From: an uncultured Planctomycetota bacterium
Lineage (GTDB): Bacteria > Planctomycetota > Planctomycetia > Gemmatales > Gemmataceae
Length of the DNA stretch: 64,000 bases
Direction: 5' to 3'
NCBI GenBank assembly: GCA_963849325.1
Contig: CAWKHF010000001.1
Coordinates: 256,001 to 320,000 of the forward strand
Below the pieces are notes generated by a model, which did not search any database, was not told where the DNA came from, and saw only the letters and a program-made list of their open reading frames with translations. A program made the translations under genes and the position numbers. Positions 21,993 to 32,989 of this stretch are shown piece by piece. Numbering within the stretch: the stretch's first letter is position 1; each line of letters begins with the position of its first letter.

Positions 21993-22709
21993 CTACAGGT
22001 TGTCGGCGAGGGCGGGCAGACGATAGGGAGCGGCCGGCAGCGCTTCGTCCGCCAACCGCCGGTACGGCGCCACGGTACGGAGCATGAACACGTAATGGGA
22101 CAGGCTGCCGCCCATGACAAAGACATGAAAGACCTCGTGTGGGCCGAATACGCCGGGCACGATCGTCGGCCATTCCACCACGTTCAGGATGGCGCCGATG
22201 CTGTAGAGCAAACCGCCGATCCAGATTGGCCGCACGGCGGCGTGCGACAGGCGGCTGGCCAACTCGAAGTACGTGACGCAGCCGACCCAGCCCATGACGA
22301 GGTAGAGAAGGGTCGAGACCCAGATGGGCATGTGCAGAGGAGTCAGGCACAGCCCGATACCGATGCCGGCCAGCAGCCAGACCAGCAGCATCAGATACAG
22401 TCGCCACGCTCCGCGCAGAATCACCAGGGCGATGGGCGTGGCGGAGCCGGCGATCAGCACGTAAATGCCGATGTGGTCCAGGGTGTTGAAGGCGTGGATG
22501 GCCCTGTCCGACAGACGGACGGCGTGGAATGACCAGCTGCCGCCGTAGCACAGGACCAGGCCGAGACCGAAGAGGAGGAAGCCGGTCTGCTTGAGGCGAT
22601 CGCCCTGGCCGCGCCGCCACAGCAGCCACGTCCCCGGAAAGGCCAATAGCAGCCAGAGAAAATGGGTCCAGGCACTCGCCGGTTCCCGAAAGTTCAGCCA
22701 ATCGATCAC
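21993..22709 (-). CDS. Hemolysin III (PAQR) family membrane protein
   Basis: EPASAWTH, SWSFH, LDHIGIYVLIAGSATP, YLVMGW, GGLLYSIGA, HEVFHVFV. Confidence 0.92.
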   Translation of the reverse strand: MIDWLNFREPASAWTHFLWLLLAFPGTWLLWRRGQGDRLKQTGFLLFGLGLVLCYGGSWSFHAVRLSDRAIHAFNTLDHIGIYVLIAGSATPIALVILRGAWRLYLMLLVWLLAGIGIGLCLTPLHMPIWVSTLLYLVMGWVGCVTYFELASRLSHAAVRPIWIGGLLYSIGAILNVVEWPTIVPGVFGPHEVFHVFVMGGSLSHYVFMLRTVAPYRRLADEALPAAPYRLPALADNL

Positions 22710-22826
22710 GCTTCGCGCTCCGTGGCGGCGATCCATCGAACGGAGGGGCACACGCGGGACGAGCCAGCCACCCTTCCTCCTCGATCATCTTAGCCGATCC
22801 GGTTCGGCGAAAGATAGAGCAACGTC

Positions 22827-23339
22827 TTACACTTCGAGCAACTCGGCGAGTCCGGCGGCGACGACTTGCGGGCCGGTGACGTACTGGCTGTCGGCCGTCC
22901 AGGCGCGGACCTGATCCTCGGCGGCGCCGAACAGTCGCGCTTGCAGATCGTCAATGTCTTTCTCCATCTCGGCGAAGTGGCGGGCCCAGTGCGACGCCTC
23001 GAAGGAGCCGATGCGCTTCTCGCTCTGCCAGCGCATGCGATGGAACAGGAGCGTGCTGTAGCGCGTGACCAGGCGGCGACGGCAGGCGGCGAACAGCAGC
23101 AGCGACGCCGACGAGCATTCGCCCAGCACGACGGCAGTGCCGTCGATGGCGCGATGCTTCATCAGCGTCAGCACGGCCAGGGCGCCGAAAACGCTGCCGC
23201 CGGCCGAGTCGATGTAGAAGACGCACGGGCCGCGCGGCGGCACTTCCAGCAGCGCCTTGACGACGTCCTCCTCCCAGTCCTCAACGTCGCCGACCACGGC
23301 GATCTCGTTGGCCGGCTTGCGCGGTTTGCTCTTGGACAT
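22827..23339 (-). CDS. ClpP-like serine protease (divergent)
   Basis: FYIDSAGGSV, GECSSAS (Ser), LLFHRM (His), AAGLAE. Confidence 0.8.
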   Translation of the reverse strand: MSKSKPRKPANEIAVVGDVEDWEEDVVKALLEVPPRGPCVFYIDSAGGSVFGALAVLTLMKHRAIDGTAVVLGECSSASLLLFAACRRRLVTRYSTLLFHRMRWQSEKRIGSFEASHWARHFAEMEKDIDDLQARLFGAAEDQVRAWTADSQYVTGPQVVAAGLAELLEV

Positions 23340-23440
23340 GAAGAGGAATGTAAGGACCGCGCCCGAGGCGACAAGGGGAGGCTGCGGACATGGAAACCTC
23401 TCCCGCCATCTGAGACAATACTTACAGTCTGTCCCATAAG

Positions 23441-23535
23441 CCCCCCTCTCCCCCTGTACTCGGGGAGAGAAACCTGCGGAAACCGCACCCCCTCACCCCA
23501 ACCCCTCTCCCCCTGAGTACAGGGGGAGAGGGGCT
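23441..23535. repeat. REP-like palindrome family C (also about 35995-36108)
   Basis: CCCCTCTCCCC-n-GGGGAGAG(GG) hairpins with CCCCTCACCCC. Confidence 0.8.
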
Positions 23536-23576
23536 TACGGGACAGACACTTACTTGAGGGGACGGTGGATGGAATC

Positions 23577-24780
23577 ATGCAGACTGTTTCACGCTTTGAA
23601 GCGAGCCTGCTGCGGCTGTTGGGATATTTCCTACGCCGCGAACCACCGGAGCGTGCCTTGCCGCTGCTGGAGGATCGCTGTGCGGCGCCGCCCTGTTTGA
23701 ACCGCAACGCCGTCAACCTGGTCAAGGACGCGCTGGCCAAGGGCTGCGTCTCCCTGCTGGCGCGGCGCGGCGGTTGGCGACGCGAACGCTTCCTGCGCGG
23801 CGAGCGTGGGATCGAGGGCCGACTGTGGGAGCGGACGCCGCCGGCCGAGCTGGGCCTGACGTTCTCGGCCCACACGCTGGATTTCCTCGTCTGGATCACG
23901 GCCAAGCGTCCGGGCGACACGGACCCGCCCTGGCGTCCGCGCGAAGGCGACCTGACGGTCGGCGACCGCCTCCTGCTCTACTTCGCCCACGAGGGGCTGC
24001 GAAACGTCGCGGAGGGACTGGGCGCTGCCGCTCTGCGTTCGGAGCAGCCGTTCGTCGAGCATGGCCTGTGCTGGCTGGCTTTTCCCGAGGACTACGCGGC
24101 GGCCCCGCTCGGCGTCCGTCCGAACTTCTCGCCCTGGACAAACGGCGCCGGCGCGTTCATGCTGGAGGCTTTGCAGCCGGAGCTGGCGCGCCGCTGGATC
24201 GAGGTCGAGGGCAGCAAGGAGCGCCTCGCCGAACCGCAGGCGATGCGCGTCCTGGGGCTGTCGCAGGAGCGCGTGTTGACGGCGTTCCTCGACGCCCTGG
24301 AGCAGGCCGGGCGGCTGGACCTGGCCCGCTTCCTGCTGCGGGCGGCGGCGGTGCTGGTGGGACCGCAGGCCCACGCCGGCATGTGGACGGCGCGATTGCA
24401 GATGTCCGGCCAGCGCGTGGCCGATCGCGCCGCCACCTACCAGGCGGCGACCGTCTTTCTGCGGACTGCTCGATCGTCTGCAAACCTGGGAACGGCGGGC
24501 GCGCGGCGTCGGCTACTTCGATGAGGGCTACACCGCCGGCCAGTTGTGGAAGGCCGACTGGGAGCAGGTGCGGGGCGATCAACTGACCGAACGCGCCCGC
24601 GTCCTCGTCCGGCAGCTGGACCCGATGCAGCCAAGCTTGAGCTGCGGGCATCTTTCGACACGGGAGGCCGATCATGAGCCGATCGTATCGCGTCAGCGTC
24701 CGCGAGTGCCAGGATCGCACCATCCGCGCCGAGGACCACGTCAGCACCCAACTGGAAATCCTGGAAGTGCTGCCGCCTGA
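23577..24780 (+). CDS. Conserved alpha-helical protein, first gene of an FtsH/MoxR ternary-type operon (frameshift near 24470, end uncertain)
   Basis: Long ORF with typical codon usage, continuing as VGYFDEGY..GQLWKADWE; first of six co-directional genes. Confidence 0.65.
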
Positions 24781-25243
24781 GCAGATGGCCGGCCTGCTCG
24801 CCGACGAGCTGGAGAAGCGCGGCTTCCAGCGCGACGGCACGCGCCTGAGCCGCCAGCAGAACGGCGTGACAATCGCGGTCGAGACAACCACCGGCACCGT
24901 CACGGTCGCCGCCGAGGCGTCCGAGCAAACCTCGATCGAGGCCGAGCGCACCGACCGCGCCTACGACGACGTCGGGCCGCACGCCAAGACGGTACGCGAA
25001 AACCTCAAGCAGCAGGTGCAGAAGGACATCGAAAAGAAGGTCGGCGAGAAGACGGCCGGCTTGCAGACGCAAGTCACCGACCGCCTCGAAGGCGAACTGA
25101 GCGACGTGCGCCAGGAGCTGGACCAGGTCGTCAACCGCGTCACGGCCGAGGCGCTCGAGCGCAAGGCCGCCCAGATGGGGCAGATCAAGGAAATGACCGA
25201 GGATCCGCAGGCGGGATCGCTCACCATCGTCGTGGAAGTCTGA
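24674..25243 (+). CDS. FtsH ternary-system associated coiled-coil protein
   Basis: MSRSYRVSV...LEILEVLPPEQMA...EALERKAAQMGQI...[17 protein letters not shown]; operon context. Confidence 0.7.
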   Translation: MSRSYRVSVRECQDRTIRAEDHVSTQLEILEVLPPEQMAGLLADELEKRGFQRDGTRLSRQQNGVTIAVETTTGTVTVAAEASEQTSIEAERTDRAYDDVGPHAKTVRENLKQQVQKDIEKKVGEKTAGLQTQVTDRLEGELSDVRQELDQVVNRVTAEALERKAAQMGQIKEMTEDPQAGSLTIVVEV

Positions 25244-25251
25244 GATTTATG

Positions 25252-25385
25252 AGCTAACCACAGAGTCACAGAGAGCACAGAGAAGACAAGAAAAAAAGGC
25301 CGGAGAAGAAGAAAAGAAATAACTATGTGGGCTTCGTTTGCTTCTGTGTTTTCTTCTCTGTGCTCTCTGTGACTCTGGGGTTAGC
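25252..25385. repeat. Inverted repeat built from (CACAGAG)-like units
   Basis: GCTAACCACAGAGTCACAGAGAGCACAGAGAAGA ... TCTTCTCTGTGCTCTCTGTGACTCTGGGGTTAGC. Confidence 0.8.
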
Positions 25386-25406
25386 ATAATACGCAGGACA
25401 TCGATC

Positions 25407-27623
25407 ATGTCCGTCCTCATCCCCGAAAACGATCTGCCGCAGGAGCTGACGGCCGAGCAGGCCGTCGAGGCGGCCTACTCCGCGGAGTTGGCCGAGGTCG
25501 CGTCCAAGCTGCAGCGCGGCCTGCCGACGCTGGTCGAGTGCGACAAGGACCTCGCACCCTTCCTCTACGTGAACCTCCGCAACCGGCTGCGGCGCCGTCA
25601 ACCTCGCGCTGCCTCTACCTCGACGGCCGGCCGCGCCAGGAGGAACAAGGGCAGGCGACGATGCCGATGGGTCTGATCGGCACCATGATCGCCCAGCTCC
25701 GCGAGGCGGTGCGCGGCGCCGGTCGAGCGCCGCGTCGTCGTGCTGCCGCACCTCGACCTGCTGACCACCAGCCAGGGCGGCCTGACCGCCGAGGCCCGCG
25801 AGGTCATCCCGCTGCTCTACGAGAACCCGGAGCTGGTCTGGCTCGGCTTCAAGGACCCGTCGTTCCCGCTGCCGCAGGTCATCGAGAACCTGTTCCCGCA
25901 CCGCGTCAGCCTGCTCGGCATCGCCCGCAATCGGCTGCGCCACCTGGTCACGCGCAAGGAGAGCCGCAAGTTCGGCCGCGAGTTCAACCCGTGGGCGCTG
26001 TACAAGTACGTCTCCGGCGTCAACGCCGTCCGCCTGCGCAAGCTGCTGTCCACGCTGGAAGGCGAGGACTACCCGGCCGACCCGCCGCATGCCTATCGCC
26101 AGCTCCGCCAGGCCACGCTCGGCGGCACGCTGGAAGTGCCGACGGTCAGCCTCGACGAGCGACATCGGCGGCTACGCCAAGGTCAAGGAGCGGCTGCGTA
26201 ACGAGATCCTCGACGTGCTGGCCCGCAAGGACCACCTGACCAGCGAGGACCAGATCCGCGCGCATGGAGGAGCTGATCCCCAAGGGCATGATCTTCTGGG
26301 GACCGCCCGGCACCGGCAAGACGCTGTTCGCCAAGGCGATGGCCGCGGAGATCGGCGCCGCCGTCACCGTCGTCTCCGGCCCGGAATTGAAGAGCAAATG
26401 GGTCGGCGAAAGCGAAGAGAACCTCCGACAGATCTTCCACAAGGCCCGCGCAGTCGGCGCCGTCGATCATCGTCTTCGACGAACTGGACTCGTTCGCCTC
26501 GGCGCGCGGCACCTACACCGGCTCCGGCGTCGAGCACTCGATGGTCAACCAGCTGCTTGACCGAGATGGACGGCTTCCACCGCGAGGAGATGGTCTTCGT
26601 CGTCGGCACGACGAACTTCGTCGAGATCCTCGACCCGGCCCTGTTGCGTCCCGGCCGGTTCGAGTTCCACCTGCACATCCCCTACCCCGACGCCGACGCC
26701 CGCCGCGAGATCCTCCGGATCTACGACCAGAAGATGGGCCTGAAGATGACGCGAGGAGACGCTGGAGTACGCGGTCAAGCGCACCGGCTCGGGCTACCTG
26801 ACGCCGCACGGCACGTCGTTCAGCGGCGACCACCTCAACGCCCTGTGCCGGGCGATGGCCCGCCTTCGCCTGCGCGAAGGTCGCACCGACGAGACGCACG
26901 CCGGAGGACGTCGAGCGGGCCCTGACCGAGTACGAGGACCGTCCCAAGATGACGCCGGCCGAGGAGCGGGTGGTGGCCACCCACGAGGCCGGCCACGCCA
27001 TCTGCTCGCTGTTCTGCAAACACACGCCGCCCATCGAGCGCATCACCATCGAGAGCGACAACCCCTGGGCGTTCGGCTACGTCCGCCATCAGGACCCGGC
27101 CCATCGCTACATCCGCACGCGCAACGAATACCTCGACGCCATCTGCGTCGCCCTCGGCGGCCGCGAGGCCGAGCCGCTGCTGCTGGACGATCTGTCGATG
27201 GGGGCCGTCGGCGACCTGGAGACGGCCACGGCCATCGCCCGCGAGCTGGTCGAAGTCCACGGCCTGGGCGGTCCCGAGGTCGGCATGGCTCGCTTCGTCT
27301 CCGACAAGGATGAACGGCAGCGCCGCGCCGACCTGTCCGAGAGTCAGAAGGAAGCGCTCGACCGCGCCGTCCGCGCCTTCTTGGAGGAGGGCCGGCTGCG
27401 CGCCGCCCAGATCCTGCGCGAGAACCGTGCCCTGCTGGAGGCGCTGCGCGATCTGCTGATGGAGAAAAAGACCATCGACGCCAGGACCATTCGCCAGTTC
27501 GCCGGCGACAAGGCGGCGCCGAAGGAGCACTGGCCCGAGGGCGAGTCGGCCGTCGGCGGTAAGGAGAAGGACGAGAAGAAGCCGCGATCGCGGGACAAGG
27601 CTAGGGCCGAGCGCGGCGTTTGA
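25407..27623 (+). CDS. Soluble FtsH-like AAA+ ATPase with M41 metallopeptidase domain (frameshifted)
   Basis: [59 protein letters not shown]; no TM anchor seen. Confidence 0.9.
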
Positions 27624-27648
27624 CGCACCCAGCGAGAAGGAGACGGCA

Positions 27649-27918
27649 ATGGCCGAAATGACCATCCGGCTGGTCCGCGATCCGGAAACCGGCAAACAGA
27701 ACATCATCGTGAAATTGCGCTCCGACGAGGACGCCTTGCCGCACGAACACGAGCAGATGCACCGGGCGCTGGTGGACAAGCTCATCAACGGCGGCATCGT
27801 CAAGGCCGCCGAAGTGGGCAACATCGTTGTCGAGCGCGAGGAGGAAACGGCCACGCCGGAGCCGACGAGGAACGCGCCCGAGACGCAGCGACAGGCGCAG
27901 CGACAGGTGGGTTCCTGA
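27649..27918 (+). CDS. Small FtsH ternary-system associated protein
   Basis: MAEMTIRLVRDPETGKQNIIVKLRSDEDALPHEHEQMHRALVDKL; AGGAG RBS; operon context. Confidence 0.7.
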   Translation: MAEMTIRLVRDPETGKQNIIVKLRSDEDALPHEHEQMHRALVDKLINGGIVKAAEVGNIVVEREEETATPEPTRNAPETQRQAQRQVGS

Positions 27919-27998
27919 GTTCCCCGTTTAGCCGCGACGCGCAGCGGAGCGCGCTCCGCTGCGCGTCGCGGCTAAACGAAGCGGAGTCGTGGTTCCTT

Positions 27999-30900
27999 AT
28001 GATCGTCAAGTTTCCCGATCTCGATACGCTGCGATTGGCCCTCACATCGGGAGCGATCCCGGTGGAGGTGGCCCAGAAGGCGGCCGTCGCTGGCTTCGGC
28101 GCAGGACGAACTCTGGGTCGAGACGCCGTCCAAGCTGTCCGCCGCGGTGCAGAAGGAACTGAAACGCCTCGGCGTCCTGGTGTGCAAGGCCAGCGGCGCC
28201 GCCCTTTGTACCAAGGTCTCTTCCTGGCTCGAACTGCTGCCACTCGTGCGCGACGCCGCCCCGCCGGAGTCTCTTGAACAGGCGCCGGTGCTGTTCGACG
28301 TGTCCGGTGGCGAGGAATTGTCTCGCCTGGTCCTGGAGATGCTGCGGCTGGGCAACGACCGGCAGAGCTTCCGCTGGCTGGAAGAGGCGGCGGCAAAAAC
28401 GGCGATGGCAGCCGGGCGCTGCTGCGCGTAGTCGGCCCGCCCTATTACTCGCTGCTGCGCGCCATCGATCAACTCGGCGGACCCGGCGCTGCCCCGCACG
28501 CCTTCCTCGAACGCGCTCCGGGCGTGTGGGTCGAGGTGAGTCATCGCCATCCGTTGGACTCCGCCATCCGCCCGCCCAAGGGCAAGCTCTTGCTGCTCCG
28601 TCCGCCGCGTCATTGGGTATTGCTCCCAGACGCTCCTTTCCGCGATGTCTACGAGATCGTCGAATTCCAGTTGCCCGACGCCGCCACGCGCTGGCAGGAC
28701 AGCCCGCTTCGGACCCGGCTCCGCGTCGCGCCGCGTTTGCGGCAGGCGGGGCCGGCCGACGGCGCCGAGCTGTGGGTGCTGCGCGGCGAGGTCATCGAGG
28801 AGTTGAACCGCTTCGTGCAGAACGCCGAGGACCAGCTGCTCGCCCGGTTGGCCTTCGCCGTCGGCGAGAAAAACGGACAGACCATCGTCGTGTTGCGCGT
28901 GCGGCCCTCGAAGCTGCCGCCGCCGGTCGTCATCCTGCCGGCCGAGGCGTACAAAAGCTATCTCAAATTGCCGAACCTGTTCCTGCCGGTCGGCCACATC
29001 CTGCATCCGCCACTGCGCCGCGACATCGTCCGCAAGTTGCTGGCCGAGGACGTCACCCAGATCACCTGGCTGGCTCCGGGCGAAGACAGTGCGTTCACGC
29101 CGGAAGGTCTCCCCGAAGACGTGTTTCGACCGCTGACCGATTGGGTCGATTACGTGCTCGACCGCGACAAGAAGTTACTGCAAGCCTGGGTGCAAGCGAT
29201 GCAATTCGAGTTCGAGCCGTTCGTCTGCGACGAGGAACAGCCGTCCAGACCGAAGAAGCCGCCGGACGCGGAGAAACCGCGCGGCCGCAAGTCCGGCCAA
29301 CCGCGCGGCGCGACAGAGGGTACGGCGGGCGAGTTGACGGCCTACGAGGTGCGGGACGAGGCACCCGAGGGGGAGGAGGAAACCGCGCTGGAAGCCTTCG
29401 CCGCCGTGGAGAAGATCGAGCCGAGCGAAATCCAGAAGGAGCTGCACGCCGTCGAGGAGGAATTTCTGTCGCTGCCGGGCACGCTGGACGACGACGCCCA
29501 CCAGGCACTATGGCCGCGGCTGGCCGAACTCAACGCTCGGCTCGGTAAGACGGAGGATGCCGGCATCTGCTGGCTCAACGCCCTGTGGGAGTCCGGTAAG
29601 GGACCGAACGGTGCCGCCCGATGGACGGCGGCGTGGTTGCGCCGAGGCCATCGGGGCCGCGCACCGCTCCTCCGCCGGCCCGCGCGAGACGCGCTCATGG
29701 ATCGCTCGGCTGGCCGCGACATCGGATACCGACTGCGAGGCGGCCGCCGAGGCTCTGGATCTCCTGCTTCAATCCGAAGAGCCGACGACGGCCGACGTTC
29801 CGCGCCCTGGCCGCGTACCTCGTGGGATCGGCGCGCCGCAACCCGCGGCCAACGGTGCTGGCGCCGCGTTTGCAGGCCGTGCAGCGCATTCTGGAAAAGC
29901 ACGAACGGTTGCTGCCGGTGCGGGCCTGCTGGCTGGCGTGGTATCACCTTGCTCAACTGCTCGACGGCGACGTGCTGGCCCTGGCCCGCGCCCGCGATCG
30001 GCTGCTTGAACGCCTCTTTCACAACGGCCTGCGCCCCGAGCAGGATTTACCGACCTTCCTGCGTTTCGCCGGCCAACCGACGAGTCAGCGTTTCCACGAC
30101 GTGCGCGAATGGTTGGGCCGCCTTCTGGAAGGGGTACGCAACTGGATCGGGAAAGCCTCCCCCAATACCGTGGGAGTCTATCCGGAAGCGAAGACGGCGG
30201 CGTATGTCGATCTGATCTTCGCCTTCGGCTTCGCACGCCTCAGCGAATACGATGAGAGCCATCATTTACGGAACAGGGCCGGGGCCGTCCTGGCGAACGA
30301 AAAGGCGGCCCACCGGCTCCTTTTCGATTCGTTTCAGTATCGCATCCGCCAGACCCTGGAAGGAGTCCCTTGCCGAGGGCCGCTGCCCGCGGAGATCACC
30401 AATCAGCTGCAACCTCTCCGCCAATCGCGCAAAGAGAATGAGATCGATCAGACTTACGTCGTGGACAGCTTGCGCTCAGTTTCGCGCATCCTGGAGCCGG
30501 AGCAGAGACTGTATCCCTATCGGCACGTGCAAGCGACAGACGGCGAACTGGGACGATTGGCGGCCGAAGTACCGGACCTTACGGATCGTGAAGAGATTTC
30601 TCACCGCCTTCTTGCGCTCTTGCAGGCGGTGGGCAAGGGGGTAAAAAATCATCACGCGCGGCTTAAAGCCTTGAATCTGGCGTTAGAGCAGCGCCCCGTA
30701 TCGGGGAGGACTTCGCTCGGAGTATGCTCGATCAGGCCATAGCCGCTTACGATAAAGTTCCCGAGACCAACGACCCTATCCTCCTCGAAGATCGATGCTC
30801 GCTTCTGGAGAAGGCGCTATTCGTCGCCGCCCACTTCGACCAGGTAGAGCAAATCCATGCTCTGCTCGATCGGTTCAAGGGTCTTTTCCGCGGACAGTCC

Positions 30901-31485
30901 CAGTCTCTGGTAATGGAAAACCTGGAGAGGCTGATCGCCAACTGCTTCCGTGGCCTACGTAAGCTCGGCATGCGTGAAGAGATCGATCAATTACTTTCAC
31001 AGATCACGGCGGCACTCGTGGAGACCAAGGACATCGAATTGCTGGACCGAAGGAAACTAGCTGAAAAACCCGAGGTTTTACAGGCGCTGCTGCAGGTTGC
31101 CGCCGGCTGGTATTCTTTTGGCCGAGATGACTCCGCTATGGCGATTGTCCGTATCGCCCGCGATGTTCTTTACAACCAAACCATGCTCCCACTGCCACGG
31201 ACGCGATTAGCCTGCACCTTCGCCGCTACCCTCGGACAAGCGCCGGTGGAAACGGCCAAAAAGGGATTGGAAGAACTGTTCGACCGATTGGATACGCTCT
31301 TGAATCTGCGCACCATGAGTTCCTTTTACAATCAGTTGCAGTTACGAGTTGTGGAAACCGCTGTACTGGCCGTCGTGAGCGACGACTTCACCCAAGGCAC
31401 GCAAGCACGTCGCTGGCTCGACGATGACGAGTTCCTCGTTCGCCGCCGCATCCACAACGATGTCCGCGACTCAGCTGTAGAATAA
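27999..31485 (+). CDS. Large (about 1150 aa) ternary-system protein with a helical C-terminus (frameshifted)
   Basis: Consecutive overlapping ORFs (27999, 28147, 28524, 29621, 30724) join into one reading ending RRWLDDDEFLVRRRIH. Confidence 0.65.
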
Positions 31486-31579
31486 GTGTTTGTCCGAGCC
31501 TGAAGCGTCAGCGAAGAGTGCTGTTCCTTCTGTTCCTTCGCTGACGCTTCAGGCTCGGAAGGAATGGGGCCGATCCGTT

Positions 31580-32632
31580 ATGCCTGCGAAAACTGCCGCG
31601 AACAACAACTCCGCCGCGGAACACCGCGAGGACTGGACGCTCGAAGAGCTGCAGGACGAGGCCGAGGAGCTGCGCAGCGCGCATCAACCGCTTCCGCACA
31701 TCGCTGGGCCGATTCTTCGTCAAGAAGCAGGAACTCATCGACCTGATGGTCGTCGCGGCCGTCGCCCAGGAGCCGCTGCTGCTCGTCGGGCCGCCGGGCA
31801 CCGCCAAGTCCGACCTCGTCCTCAAGTTCAAGGACGCCCTCGGCCTGGGCGAGGACGATTACTTCGAGTACATGCTGACGCGCTTCACCGAGCCGTCGGA
31901 GATCATCGGCCCCATCGACATCAGCCAAGCTGCGCGAGGGCCGCTACATCCGCCGCGAGCAGGGCAAGCTGCCGACCGCCCGGCTGGCCTTCCTCGACGA
32001 GATCTTCAAGTCGAACTCGGCCATCCTCAACATCCTGCTGACGATCATCAACGAGCGGAAGTTCTACCAGGACGGCGTGCCGCAGCCGGTGCGCGCTGCG
32101 CGTGCTGTTCGCCGCCACCAACGAGGTGCCCGAGCAGGGCGAGCTGGCCGCCCTGAAGGACCGCTTCTGTCTCAAGGCCGAGAGCCGGTCGGTGCAGGAG
32201 GACCACTTCACGGAGCTGATCGACGCCGGCGTCCAGGGCGAGGTCTACAAGAGCCTCAACCAGAAGCCGTGGGTGGAGGGCCACTGCATCGCTCGACGAC
32301 CTGCTCAAGGCCAACCGCTACCTGACGCACCTGTTCGGCCGCAAGCACCGCAGCGGCCGCGGCGAGGAGCAGAACGACCGCGAGGTGTTCTTCCCCGCCG
32401 AGGTGTTCGACGAGTTCCAGCGCTGGTCAAGACGCTGGTGCGCGAGGACAAGATCTTCATCAGCGACCGCAAGCTGGTGAAGCTGTACAAGCTGTTCCGC
32501 GTCCGCGCCTGGCTGTTCACCGGCGGCACCGTCAGCCGCGACGACCTGCGGCTGCTGGCCTACCTCGGCGAGACGCACCAGGAGATCGAGCTGCTGCGCG
32601 AGAAGGTGCCGATGCTGCTCGGGTTGGAGTGA
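31580..32632 (+). CDS. MoxR/RavA-type AAA+ ATPase (frameshifted)
   Basis: [58 protein letters not shown]. Confidence 0.9.
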
Positions 32633-32675
32633 GACCTTCCCCGATTCGGGTGGCGCGAATGGTTTCGGGTATTTT

Positions 32676-32837
32676 TTCGTTAGCCCAGCCCTTCAGGGCT
32701 GGGAACAGCGTCGGGTGAGGAGAGTCTTGGGGCTTTAGCCCCTCCGCGACTCGGGCACGCCAGGGGGGAGGGCCTAAAGGCCCGGACCATCCTCCCCATC
32801 CGCGTACTTCCCAGCCCTGAAGGGCTGGGCTAACGAA
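32676..32837. repeat. Long REP-like inverted repeat
   Basis: TTCGTTAGCCCAGCCCTTCAGGGCTGGGAA ... TTCCCAGCCCTGAAGGGCTGGGCTAACGAA. Confidence 0.85.
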
Positions 32838-32989
32838 CAAGACAACGCACTCCCAGAATCCGCTCACGCACCCCCGATTCCGGAACACGGGATTGGTCTT
32901 TATCCGGCGGGTGCTTGTGCTGCAATGCGCCGCCGCTCGCCATGCACCTCTTGCGTCCCGCGCCATCGCCCATCGGATCGGAGGTTGCC

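Noticed and set aside
25407-27623. Housekeeping ftsH
   Set aside because: No N-terminal TM anchor and the operon context is different, so the symbol was withheld.
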